This document shows positions 1 to 7,997 of a stretch of 33,315 nt of DNA, piece by piece. The stretch is from positions 1 through 33,315 of the IMG/VR virus record IMGVR_UViG_3300037991_006145; one strand, 5' to 3'. The notes beneath the pieces were generated by a model that ran no database searches, was not told where the DNA came from, and worked only from the letters and a program-made list of their open reading frames with translations. The translations under genes were made by a program, and so were the position numbers. The stretch is from a virus (Duplodnaviria; Caudoviricetes). Each line of letters starts with the position of its first letter. Position 1 is the first letter of the stretch.

Positions 1-1
1 C

Positions 2-1180
2 GGAAAGTCTTAAATCTCCTGTTCCCTGATCACTTACATAACTGTTTGCCCCATCATGATAAATTCGTAAGTCATCACCATCACCAAAGATTGCCTTTGC
101 ATGATCTCTAAAGTATGAAGTCGTACCAAATCCTACGCTTGCACCAACTCCAATGAGAATATTATCACTGAAAGTGGAGACACCAGATACACTCAAAGCA
201 CCTGTCGTTGTTCCACCAGAAACTAGTACACCTTCGTTAGTGGTTTCAAACTTTTTAATGTTACTATGATAAAGAAATACTGAACCACCAGTTTCAAATT
301 TTGCTTTAAACTGATCTCCTGCAGAATTATAAAAGTAAATGTCGTCTCCCCATATATTTAAGTTGCCAGTTCCATCCTCTTTAATATTAGAAGAATCACC
401 AGAATGATAAATTTGCAAGTCTTCATCAATGCCAAAGATTGCCTTTGCATGATCTCTAAAGTATGCAGTCGTACCAAATCCTACGGTTGCACCAGTTCCA
501 ATAAGAATATCATCACTAAACGTAGATACACCAGATATATTCAGTTGTTGTCCAGTTAAATCAGTTACAGTGGTGACACCAAGCGTAGAAATACCAGATA
601 TATTAAGTTGTTGTACGGTTAAATCTGTAGTGGTGGTGACACCAAGTGTAGAAATACCAGATATATTAAGTTGTTGTACGGTTAAATCAGTTACAGTAGT
701 GATACCAAGTGTAGAAATACCACTGATACTTAAATTTCCACTTGCTGTTACATGACCATTCGTAACACCAAATCCTAAAGTTGTGGGATCTTCACCAACT
801 TGTAGTTGAAAAGCAGTTGAATCAGTACCAATACCAATATTTGATGTTGTTGTTAATCCAGTAGCACCAGCAATAAATCCATCAGTTGCAATGGCAACTA
901 CTACCTGATCACCAAAGTCTCCGGCAGAACCACTAAAAGTAGAAGCACTAATTGTTCCTGTGCTTCCGTTGATTGTAATACTTCCTACGGTTACAATTCC
1001 ACTTACACTCGCATCTGTTGCGGTAATATGTCCTACAATCTTGGCATTTCCCCTTACATCAAGGAGTTTTTCTGGTACGGTCGTGCCAATTCCAACTCGG
1101 CCAACAGCATTGACAATGAAATTATCATTGTCAACCTGCACCCCATTCCTAAAATTAAATGACTTTATATAATTTGCCAT
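2..1180 (-). CDS. Tail fibre / virion structural protein, 3' end beyond the window (not in ORF track)
   Basis: ATG at 1180 gives MANYIKSFNFRNGVQVDNDNFIVNAVGRVGIGTTVPEKLLDVRGNAKIVG... The segments I translated (about 1030-1180 and 2-740) are open in this frame. It has the GIGTT and LNISGISTLG fibre repeats and a late-promoter motif just upstream. Confidence 0.88.
   Translation of the reverse strand, partial: MANYIKSFNFRNGVQVDNDNFIVNAVGRVGIGTTVPEKLLDVRGNAKIVGHITATDASVSGIVTVGSITINGSTGTISASTFSGSAGDFGDQVVVAIATDGFIAGATGLTTTSNIGIGTDSTAFQLQVGEDPTTLGFGVTNGHVTASGNLSISGISTLGITTVTDLTVQQLNISGISTLGVTTTTDLTVQQLNISGISTLGVTTVTDLTGQQLNISGVSTFSDDILIGTGATVGFGTTAYFRDHAKAIFGIDEDLQIYHSGDSSNIKEDGTGNLNIWGDDIYFYNSAGDQFKAKFETGGSVFLYHSNIKKFETTNEGVLVSGGTTTGALSVSGVSTFSDNILIGVGASVGFGTTSYFRDHAKAIFGDGDDLRIYHDGANSYVSDQGTGDLRLS
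84..545. repeat. 348-bp (116-aa) period intragenic direct repeat
   Basis: ccaaagattgcctttgcatgatctctaaagtatg occurs at 84 and 432. Both copies encode VGFGTTxYFRDHAKAIFG. Confidence 0.9.
531..730. repeat. 63-bp (21-aa) tandem repeat, three copies plus a partial
   Basis: ccagatat starts at 531, 594 and 657, with a degenerate copy at 720. The unit encodes LNISGISTLGVTTVTDLTVQQ. Confidence 0.92.
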
Positions 1181-1193
1181 TATGCCTTTTTAG

Positions 1194-4100
1194 TTATTTA
1201 TCTGATAATTTTTGTTCCAGGTCATCAACCTTATCACTGAGTTCCTTAATTGCCTCAATTAAGAGTGGAACAAGTTTCTCATATTGAACAGTAATATAAT
1301 CATCACTTGATGGTGCGGGACGAACAACTTCTGGCAGAACTTTTTGAACTTTCTGTGCAGAAACACCTGCATAATCTACTTCAGTGTCAAATCCCAATTC
1401 TTTTGCAGTATCATTAAAGTTATATGTAAATCCATCAATAGATTTAACTTTTGATAGTGCCTCGGTAATCGGAGAAATGTTAGTTTTTAATCTTTCATCA
1501 GATGCAAATGCGATTATGTCTCCATTAATCTTTAAAATACTGTCTTTAAGATTAAATCTTAGTCCGGCAGTAGCCTTTAGATCTTGATAAGTTCCACTTC
1601 CTGTAGTGGCATTTTCTGGAGTTTCGTCTAAACAAACAATACCAACATTTCTATTAAGAGCTGTATTTGCTCCTGTTATTCTTGGTTTATTTGCTTGTGT
1701 TGCCGTACCAGAAAAATTCGTTGCCGTAACAGTATTATCATTGATAGTAACATTATCAACAGTTATATCATCTGCAGTAAGTGTGCCGGTAACCGTAACA
1801 CCACCCGTTACAGTTTCAAGTTTTTTATTACCACCAAACTTAAGTTTACATCCTGATCCGGCGGTAAACTGTGCAGCATTTGCTGTACCATTTGAACCAA
1901 AACTAATTGTATTTCCAGCCTTTACCGTGATACCAAGATTTCCAGAATCTCCTCCATGTTTTATAGTACCATTACCGTCTGTATTTTCAAAGATTTTGAA
2001 TTTGTGTTCAGATCCCATTGCGAGATCTTTATTCTGTGCAAGTCTGAATCCTTCATCTGCATAAATTAAATCCTTAGAAGTAACAGCCATTCCGACCGTT
2101 AATTTCTTAGCAATACCGACACCACCATCAAATTGGGCAGAACCTGTATTTACATCTCCAAGAGTATTATCAGTGGTATCTTCAACACGAAGAGTATCAA
2201 TATATGCAGTTCCATTGATGTAAATATCATTCCATTGATCTGTATTAGAACCAATATTCTTATCACTTCCAGCAGGAATCAATGATGAATCAAATTCTGC
2301 ATTTAATGTTATGGTATCAGTATTGGCATCACCAAGAGTGGTATTACCCTTGACAATTAAGTTATCATCAACAGTTAAATCATTACCGACATCTAAATCA
2401 TTATCGACGTTTAAATCCTTACCAATATCGACTCCACCTTCGACAACGAGTGCTCCATCACCATCTCCTACGTTAGTATCATCCTTTATCTTAACTTTTC
2501 CTTTATGTCTAACATCTGAAGTAAAGGTTACTGGTCCATCAAACTGTGACAGGATATTGTTAGATTTTCCGCCCTCAACTACAAGTCTTTCTTTGATAGT
2601 GACTTCATCAAATACGACACTTAATCGTGAAGGATCTTCACCGGCAACAGTAGGAACTGGATTGTCAAATGTGGTTTCTTCACCTGTTAGTGCAGATTTC
2701 TTCTGGTTACCAATATAGAAATCACCCTTATCATTCATACCGGTATAAACAACCGATCCTGCCGATAGTTCTTGTGCCTGTGACAGGAATTCTTCTCGTT
2801 CTGTGAGTGTTCTGACCTGAACTTGTGGAAGTGCCGTAGAATAGTTACCAGGACCATATCCAAGGTATTCAAATGTATGTCCAGATGCACGAAGAATTGA
2901 ATACCTGTGCAGTTCCAATGGAATTGGATTCAATTTTTGAACTAAAGAATTGGCACTATGTTGTGTCGCTCGTGTTCCAAATACACCACGAATAACAATA
3001 GTGCCTGATAATGTACCACTAGATACTGTTGCTGTAGAAGATGCAATTCTTAATATTTCATCATCAATCTGGATGTAACTTCCTTGTGGAAATCTGATTC
3101 CGGCACCTTGTTGACTATTAAGGAGAGATAAATTTATTTCCGTCGCCGCGGCACTAATTGTAGAAGTAAGTTTGGCCCTTTCAAGGCCATAAAGTGGAAC
3201 TCCTCTTACACTTAGATTCTCGTCATCCTTTCCAGTATCTTCATCATTTGCAGATAGTCCGTGCTTTAAAACATGACCATCTACATCAGTGCCCGATAAA
3301 ATAGTACTCTTTGCAGTGAATTGATTAATAGCAGTATTACTTACGTCTTCAACAATTAAAGTTTCTAAATTGTTGTCATTGTCATCATTAATCTGGAATC
3401 TATTTCCTTTCTTCAGTCCGTGTGGAACATTAGTTCCTTGGGTAGTGAAAGTAACAGTACCATTAGAAACTGAATATTGTACATCAAGAGCATTTCCGAC
3501 AACAAAGACATATTGATCTGAAGTGATATTGGGATCACCTGCGGTTTTTGCAATACCAATTTGATTTGGTTGTGGAACACTTGTCGTTCTAAAATATGCA
3601 TCAGTCGTGATGCCAGAACCAGTAACTTGTATAACAAGATTTTCATGTGAGGATGTTAGGACAGCATTTGTAAGTCCTGCATTAGCAGAACTACCTAATC
3701 TTGCTCCACCTGTATTAGTAGGACCTCCAACAATAGCACTATCCCAATATGCATATACACTTCCATCTGAAGGGAATCCAGAACCTGGATTTGTAATTTC
3801 ATATGCGGTTATCTGATTACCAGAAATGGTAACTTTTCCTAAAGCTCCATTCCAAGTTTGTGCAGAAACTTCATCTTCATATATTTTTACGTTTTCATAT
3901 GTCCCGTCCGGAGCTGTCACCGCACTATCATTGCTTAACTTATTATTACCAATCAGTGCAAGACCACCAAGATTATGAGATCTATTTAATGTTATAACTC
4001 CACTAGTAGTACTATCGGCAAATGAGTCAATTTCTATACCACGTCCAAATTGAAGAAGTAACTTGTCAGTTGACTCTCTTGTGATACTTTTTTGAAGGTC

Positions 4101-7100
4101 ATTAGTTACAACTTTTCCTAGAGGAGCTCTAAGAGCAAAAGATTTTGCGGCACGAGGTGTGTCATTTACATTGTCACGATCTAATTGTGGATATAAATCA
4201 ACAACTGTCTGACCATATTTGTTATCAGTAAATTCTTCTGGAACAGCAAGATCTGCAAATAATTGATATCCATGATATACACCAGTCTCTACACCTTCAT
4301 CATATTCTGATATGACATCATTTCTAAAGAAGTAAAGATTTGATTTTAAATCTTTTCTCGTAAATGTAGGTAGTGATGATGCAGAACCGACTAATTGAGT
4401 TTTATTGAGTGTGAAATCATTAGTTGGTGGAGTACTGATTGTTACCGGTGCATTATATGTAAATGTCATGTTATCAACAACAGTGACACTTGCCTCTACG
4501 TTATAACCTTTCCCAGCAGTTCCCTCAGTATTTAAAGAGTGTCTTATTGCATCAATCCTAACTAAATCATTAGTTTGTAAATTATGAGGACGCTCTGATA
4601 CTACCGTGACTTTACCAGTTCCACTGTTAAAAGTACAACTACTAATAAATCTTGGATTTCTCTTATATGCAAAATCAGATGCTGTTAAAGTTCCACCTTC
4701 TGATTCAAAGTTTAAATCACCATCGGTTCTTACACCAGTCTGAGAAGATTCCTGAAGAATAAATCCATTTTGAATGTTCTTTCCATTTTGAACTTCTTTT
4801 GGAATCGATACTCTTGTTTTAAATATTTTATCATCCAAACTTCTTGTATCGGCAATTCTCTTGAAGTATGATATTTCTGTCTTGCTGCCAGTAACATTAT
4901 CTAATTCTTCACGAATGGCAGAGTTATCGTTAGTTGTAATATACCATCCATTAGTCTCATCATATTGAACTGGATGACCTACATCCCCAGATTCTTTATC
5001 TGTTACTCTACTTATAATTTTAATCTTTGTTGCATCTGTATCTGAAATATAGGTATTCTTTATGGCAACACCATTTTCGGCGTCAGATTCTGACAGTGCT
5101 AATTTAAGTTCTGCATTTGTTAAACCCTGTGCAACTCCTGATATGACAAAATAAACTTTATGTTCTTCAATTTTTTCAGGTAAATCACCACCATCGGCAA
5201 TAACAATAACCTTTTCTCCTAATGCAAAACCGTGTGGTGGACTAGTATCTGCTCCTGCAGGATCAGGAGTCGTAAATTTACCGTTAATCCCATCAATAGT
5301 TCCTATATCAACAGATCTTCTTGCACTTGATCCTGCAGAATTAGACATTTTAATGTCTGCTTCAAAAACTTTAATATTTCCATTTTCATCTTTTCCATTA
5401 TTCACATATAACTTATCATTATTTTTTGCACCAACTCTAAATCCTTGTGTAAGAGAGGGTGGTTTGATATTTTCAGAATCATATCCAAACAGATATAATC
5501 TATTGGTATTACTATCTTTGGTTGTACTCAGTTGTACCCATTCAACATCTTCTTCGGCAGTTGTGATTGCTTTTGGTGCAATAATATGTGTTATAAATGC
5601 ATTATCATCTTTCTTAAATGCATCCTTTCTAAATCCATCAGCAACTAATGCTAACTGACCAAAGTTAGAGTTAGAGTTTGTAATTGATGCATCACCACCA
5701 CTTCTAGCTTCAAAATGCTTTGTATATCCAATGGCAAATACAGAAACAACCTGTAAAATTGCATCATTAGTTATCTTTACATGAGTTGTCTGCCAATTAT
5801 TTCTGTAAATTGCTTCAGAATCTAAGTGATAAACCTGAGCAGTATTAGTAGATGAAGATTCTAAAGCTAGTTTTCCTCCCTTTGTTGTTTCTTCAGAAAG
5901 AGACTCATAGGCTCTACTACTAACATTATACTTTACAAATGCACGGTCATCTTTTTGAAGTGATACACCAGTAAATTGTGCCACAACCATTGAACGGAAA
6001 CCTGATGCCTTGCTTCCATCAGCGTGCATACCCTGCATACCCCATACAGAACGTAGGGAGATATTAAAGATATATGGTGATGCACCAGATACTGTATCAG
6101 TTTCGATCGTTACCAGAGCACTATCAACGGCAGGTTCCGTCTCAAGATCAACGGGAAAATCTGGTAGTGTATATGTAAATATGTTATTGTTGACAGGATC
6201 TGTTGCTGATACTTTTGTTGAAATATTATATTCTGATCTACTAACACCCTTAATTTTAATCGGGGTGCCATTAGATAAGTTATGTGGTCCTTGTGTCGTA
6301 ACAGTTACTTGATTTGTTGGTACTCCAGGAAGAGTACCAGACTGTATGCTCGTAATTTTAAGAGGATCATCAGCAAATGCGCCAACAATTTCCCATTCTG
6401 CTCTTTGCTTTGCAAAACCATCTAATCCAGTTCCTGCACCATCTATTAAAAACTTCTCATCAATATTTCTATTTGATGCCTGATTATATGCTCTAGACAG
6501 TTTATAATAATACATGTCAAGGTCTGTAAGACCTGTTGATTGGAATTCATTTACACCATCAGCATACTCAAAACACGTAAGTTTATGGTGAGAGAAAGTT
6601 GGTTGTACCTGATTTATTACATCAACAAAGTTCTTATCATCAGTATATACCTTCCCTAATTCACTTCCATCAAAAATACTAAATTGCCAGAAATAACAAG
6701 CACCAGTTATTCTGAAAAGAGCAGAATATGGTACAGTATCGTCAGTTGGGTTGGGAACATATTTTGGTCTTATCTTTGTCTTTCTTAAATCTAAACCGAC
6801 AATAGAAGTTCCTCTAGGGACAATAACTCCACCATTTACACTATTAAATTTGTAAAGTATATTATCTTCTTGACTTATATCAAAATTAGATTCTAATGTC
6901 AGAGTTAAACTATCTTTGTTTACTTCAGTTCCATCAGATCTTCTTAATTCAACAATACCAGTTCCATCATCTCGTATTGAGTGTCCAGGTCTATTATCAA
7001 TCTCATGCTCACCAGGCATGAGAAGAATAGTGGTTTTCTCTGTAGTATCGTTATTTCTTCCAACATTATAAGAGAATCTCGCAGCTTCAATTAATGCTCT

Positions 7101-7238
7101 CTGCAGAGTTTTAAATGGTTTGGTTTGGGAATTACCCTGATTTAATATGCTGTCAGTAGAGTCAAGATCTGCCGGACTAACATATAGTATACGACCTTCT
7201 ACATTCTTAAGAAAGTTCTCTAACTTATTCAGAGGCAT
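1194..7238 (-). CDS. Large tail fibre/spike protein (2014 aa): N-terminal pectin-lyase-like beta-helix region, C-terminal Peptidase_S74-type intramolecular chaperone
   Basis: N-terminal motifs ILYVSP...GNSQTKPFKTLQRA, GTSIVGLDLRKTKIRP and ITNSNSNFG. The C-terminus GDIIAFASDERLKTNI...VQYEKLVPLLIEAIKEL has the SDxRLK autocleavage motif and a terminal coiled coil. Confidence 0.85.
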   Translation of the reverse strand: MPLNKLENFLKNVEGRILYVSPADLDSTDSILNQGNSQTKPFKTLQRALIEAARFSYNVGRNNDTTEKTTILLMPGEHEIDNRPGHSIRDDGTGIVELRRSDGTEVNKDSLTLTLESNFDISQEDNILYKFNSVNGGVIVPRGTSIVGLDLRKTKIRPKYVPNPTDDTVPYSALFRITGACYFWQFSIFDGSELGKVYTDDKNFVDVINQVQPTFSHHKLTCFEYADGVNEFQSTGLTDLDMYYYKLSRAYNQASNRNIDEKFLIDGAGTGLDGFAKQRAEWEIVGAFADDPLKITSIQSGTLPGVPTNQVTVTTQGPHNLSNGTPIKIKGVSRSEYNISTKVSATDPVNNNIFTYTLPDFPVDLETEPAVDSALVTIETDTVSGASPYIFNISLRSVWGMQGMHADGSKASGFRSMVVAQFTGVSLQKDDRAFVKYNVSSRAYESLSEETTKGGKLALESSSTNTAQVYHLDSEAIYRNNWQTTHVKITNDAILQVVSVFAIGYTKHFEARSGGDASITNSNSNFGQLALVADGFRKDAFKKDDNAFITHIIAPKAITTAEEDVEWVQLSTTKDSNTNRLYLFGYDSENIKPPSLTQGFRVGAKNNDKLYVNNGKDENGNIKVFEADIKMSNSAGSSARRSVDIGTIDGINGKFTTPDPAGADTSPPHGFALGEKVIVIADGGDLPEKIEEHKVYFVISGVAQGLTNAELKLALSESDAENGVAIKNTYISDTDATKIKIISRVTDKESGDVGHPVQYDETNGWYITTNDNSAIREELDNVTGSKTEISYFKRIADTRSLDDKIFKTRVSIPKEVQNGKNIQNGFILQESSQTGVRTDGDLNFESEGGTLTASDFAYKRNPRFISSCTFNSGTGKVTVVSERPHNLQTNDLVRIDAIRHSLNTEGTAGKGYNVEASVTVVDNMTFTYNAPVTISTPPTNDFTLNKTQLVGSASSLPTFTRKDLKSNLYFFRNDVISEYDEGVETGVYHGYQLFADLAVPEEFTDNKYGQTVVDLYPQLDRDNVNDTPRAAKSFALRAPLGKVVTNDLQKSITRESTDKLLLQFGRGIEIDSFADSTTSGVITLNRSHNLGGLALIGNNKLSNDSAVTAPDGTYENVKIYEDEVSAQTWNGALGKVTISGNQITAYEITNPGSGFPSDGSVYAYWDSAIVGGPTNTGGARLGSSANAGLTNAVLTSSHENLVIQVTGSGITTDAYFRTTSVPQPNQIGIAKTAGDPNITSDQYVFVVGNALDVQYSVSNGTVTFTTQGTNVPHGLKKGNRFQINDDNDNNLETLIVEDVSNTAINQFTAKSTILSGTDVDGHVLKHGLSANDEDTGKDDENLSVRGVPLYGLERAKLTSTISAAATEINLSLLNSQQGAGIRFPQGSYIQIDDEILRIASSTATVSSGTLSGTIVIRGVFGTRATQHSANSLVQKLNPIPLELHRYSILRASGHTFEYLGYGPGNYSTALPQVQVRTLTEREEFLSQAQELSAGSVVYTGMNDKGDFYIGNQKKSALTGEETTFDNPVPTVAGEDPSRLSVVFDEVTIKERLVVEGGKSNNILSQFDGPVTFTSDVRHKGKVKIKDDTNVGDGDGALVVEGGVDIGKDLNVDNDLDVGNDLTVDDNLIVKGNTTLGDANTDTITLNAEFDSSLIPAGSDKNIGSNTDQWNDIYINGTAYIDTLRVEDTTDNTLGDVNTGSAQFDGGVGIAKKLTVGMAVTSKDLIYADEGFRLAQNKDLAMGSEHKFKIFENTDGNGTIKHGGDSGNLGITVKAGNTISFGSNGTANAAQFTAGSGCKLKFGGNKKLETVTGGVTVTGTLTADDITVDNVTINDNTVTATNFSGTATQANKPRITGANTALNRNVGIVCLDETPENATTGSGTYQDLKATAGLRFNLKDSILKINGDIIAFASDERLKTNISPITEALSKVKSIDGFTYNFNDTAKELGFDTEVDYAGVSAQKVQKVLPEVVRPAPSSDDYITVQYEKLVPLLIEAIKELSDKVDDLEQKLSDK
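1195..1202 (-). promoter_or_regulatory. T4-type late promoter (GATAAATA)
   Basis: Matches NATAAATA and lies 15 nt upstream of the ATG at 1180, overlapping the stop of the upstream gene. Confidence 0.65.
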
Positions 7239-7270
7239 TGTATTACTGCTTCTATACTATTTCTATATTT

Positions 7271-7277
7271 TATTTAG
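7271..7277 (-). promoter_or_regulatory. Probable late promoter (CTAAATA variant)
   Basis: TAAATA core about 33 nt upstream of the ATG at 7238. The same CTAAATA variant occurs twice at 29018-29056. Confidence 0.55.
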
Positions 7278-7289
7278 TTAGGTTAAAAG

Positions 7290-7374
7290 TAGGACGAGAG
7301 GGACTTGAACCCTCACGATCTTAATGATCAACAGATTTTAAGTCTGGTGCGTCTACCAATTCCGCCACCGTCCC
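7290..7374 (-). tRNA. trnL: tRNA-Leu(UAA)
   Basis: GGGACGGTGGCGGAATTGGTAGACGCACCAGACTTAAAATCTGTTGATCATTAAGATCGTGAGGGTTCAAGTCCCTCTCGTCCTA. It has a 7-bp acceptor stem, anticodon loop CT-TAA-AA, long variable arm and TTCAAGT T-loop. CCA is not encoded. Confidence 0.95.
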
Positions 7375-7380
7375 GTTAGG

Positions 7381-7453
7381 TGCTTCCTGAGAGGATCGAA
7401 CTCTCCTTAGGCAAATTATGAGTTTGCTGCATTCACCAGATTGCTAAGGAAGC
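7381..7453 (-). tRNA. tRNA with CAU anticodon (elongator Met or lysidine Ile2; not initiator)
   Basis: GCTTCCTTAGCAATCTGGTGAATGCAGCAAACTCATAATTTGCCTAAGGAGAGTTCGATCCTCTCAGGAAGCA. Acceptor stem GCTTCCT/AGGAAGC, anticodon stem GCAAA/TTTGC, loop CT-CAT-AA. It lacks the C1:A72 mismatch and the three G-C anticodon-stem pairs of initiator tRNA. Confidence 0.9.
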
Positions 7454-7456
7454 AAA

Positions 7457-7528
7457 TAGGAATGTTGGGACTTGAACCCAAATCACTCCGTTATAAGCAG
7501 AGGGCCTTTACCTTTAGGCGACATTCCC
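7457..7528 (-). tRNA. trnI: tRNA-Ile(UAU)
   Basis: GGGAATGTCGCCTAAAGGTAAAGGCCCTCTGCTTATAACGGAGTGATTTGGGTTCAAGTCCCAACATTCCTA. D-stem GCCT/AGGC, anticodon stem CTCTG/CGGAG, loop CT-TAT-AA, T-arm TTGGG-TTCAAGT-CCCAA, A73. Confidence 0.92.
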
Positions 7529-7537
7529 GATGATGAA

Positions 7538-7735
7538 CTACTGAGCGTCGTTGTTTAACTCAGTGTGTATTCGTATGAGTTCATCATCTGCCGGTATCAT
7601 TACTGCCTTATTTCCATTCTCATTCTCTATTCCTATATGTTCTCCGTTCTCTACTCTACTAATCATTTCTTCCCAGTTTTTCTCCCAATGTTCCACAGAA
7701 TAAAATTTGATAGTTGGATTATTTAGTTGTTCCAT
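7538..7735 (-). CDS. Small acidic protein, Phd/YefM antitoxin-like
   Basis: FYSVEHWEKNWEEMISRVENGEHIGIENENGNKAVMIPAD follows the Phd/YefM N-terminal pattern, recognised by eye. It has an acidic tail. Confidence 0.6.
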   Translation of the reverse strand: MEQLNNPTIKFYSVEHWEKNWEEMISRVENGEHIGIENENGNKAVMIPADDELIRIHTELNNDAQ

Positions 7736-7738
7736 AAA

Positions 7739-7939
7739 TTAGTCTTGACAAACTGAAACTCCGGTGTATTTGATTTGCTCCTCTTCAAGTCGATCACGAA
7801 CAAGAAGGAAAACACTCATGAATTGTTCGGAAGTTTCGCAGTCAATAATGCGAGTGCTGCCTTCGTCACTATATAGGGTGAAGGACTTGGCACAGATGTC
7901 GATGACAACCTTTTCCAGATACTCTTCGGTGCTGTTCAT
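7739..7939 (-). CDS. Hypothetical protein (66 aa; start more likely ATG 7939 than GTG 7966)
   Basis: GTG 7966 is only 2 nt from the -10 box and so lies upstream of the expected transcription start. ATG 7939 gives MNSTEEYLEKVVIDICAKSFTLYSDEG... Confidence 0.75.
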   Translation of the reverse strand: MNSTEEYLEKVVIDICAKSFTLYSDEGSTRIIDCETSEQFMSVFLLVRDRLEEEQIKYTGVSVCQD

Positions 7940-7968
7940 GTGAGGGGTGTTCCCTTGATTACCCACAT

Positions 7969-7997
7969 ATTATAGGGCATCTAGGCAGGGGTGTCAA
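7969..7997 (-). promoter_or_regulatory. Consensus sigma70-type (early) promoter
   Basis: TTGACA-CCCCTGCCTAGATGCCC (17 nt)-TATAAT. The -35 box contains the TGA stop of the 2435-aa gene. Confidence 0.9.

Noticed and set aside
531-730. CRISPR-like array
   Set aside because: The units are contiguous in-frame coding repeats (63 bp, likewise the 54- and 120-bp arrays) without unique spacers.
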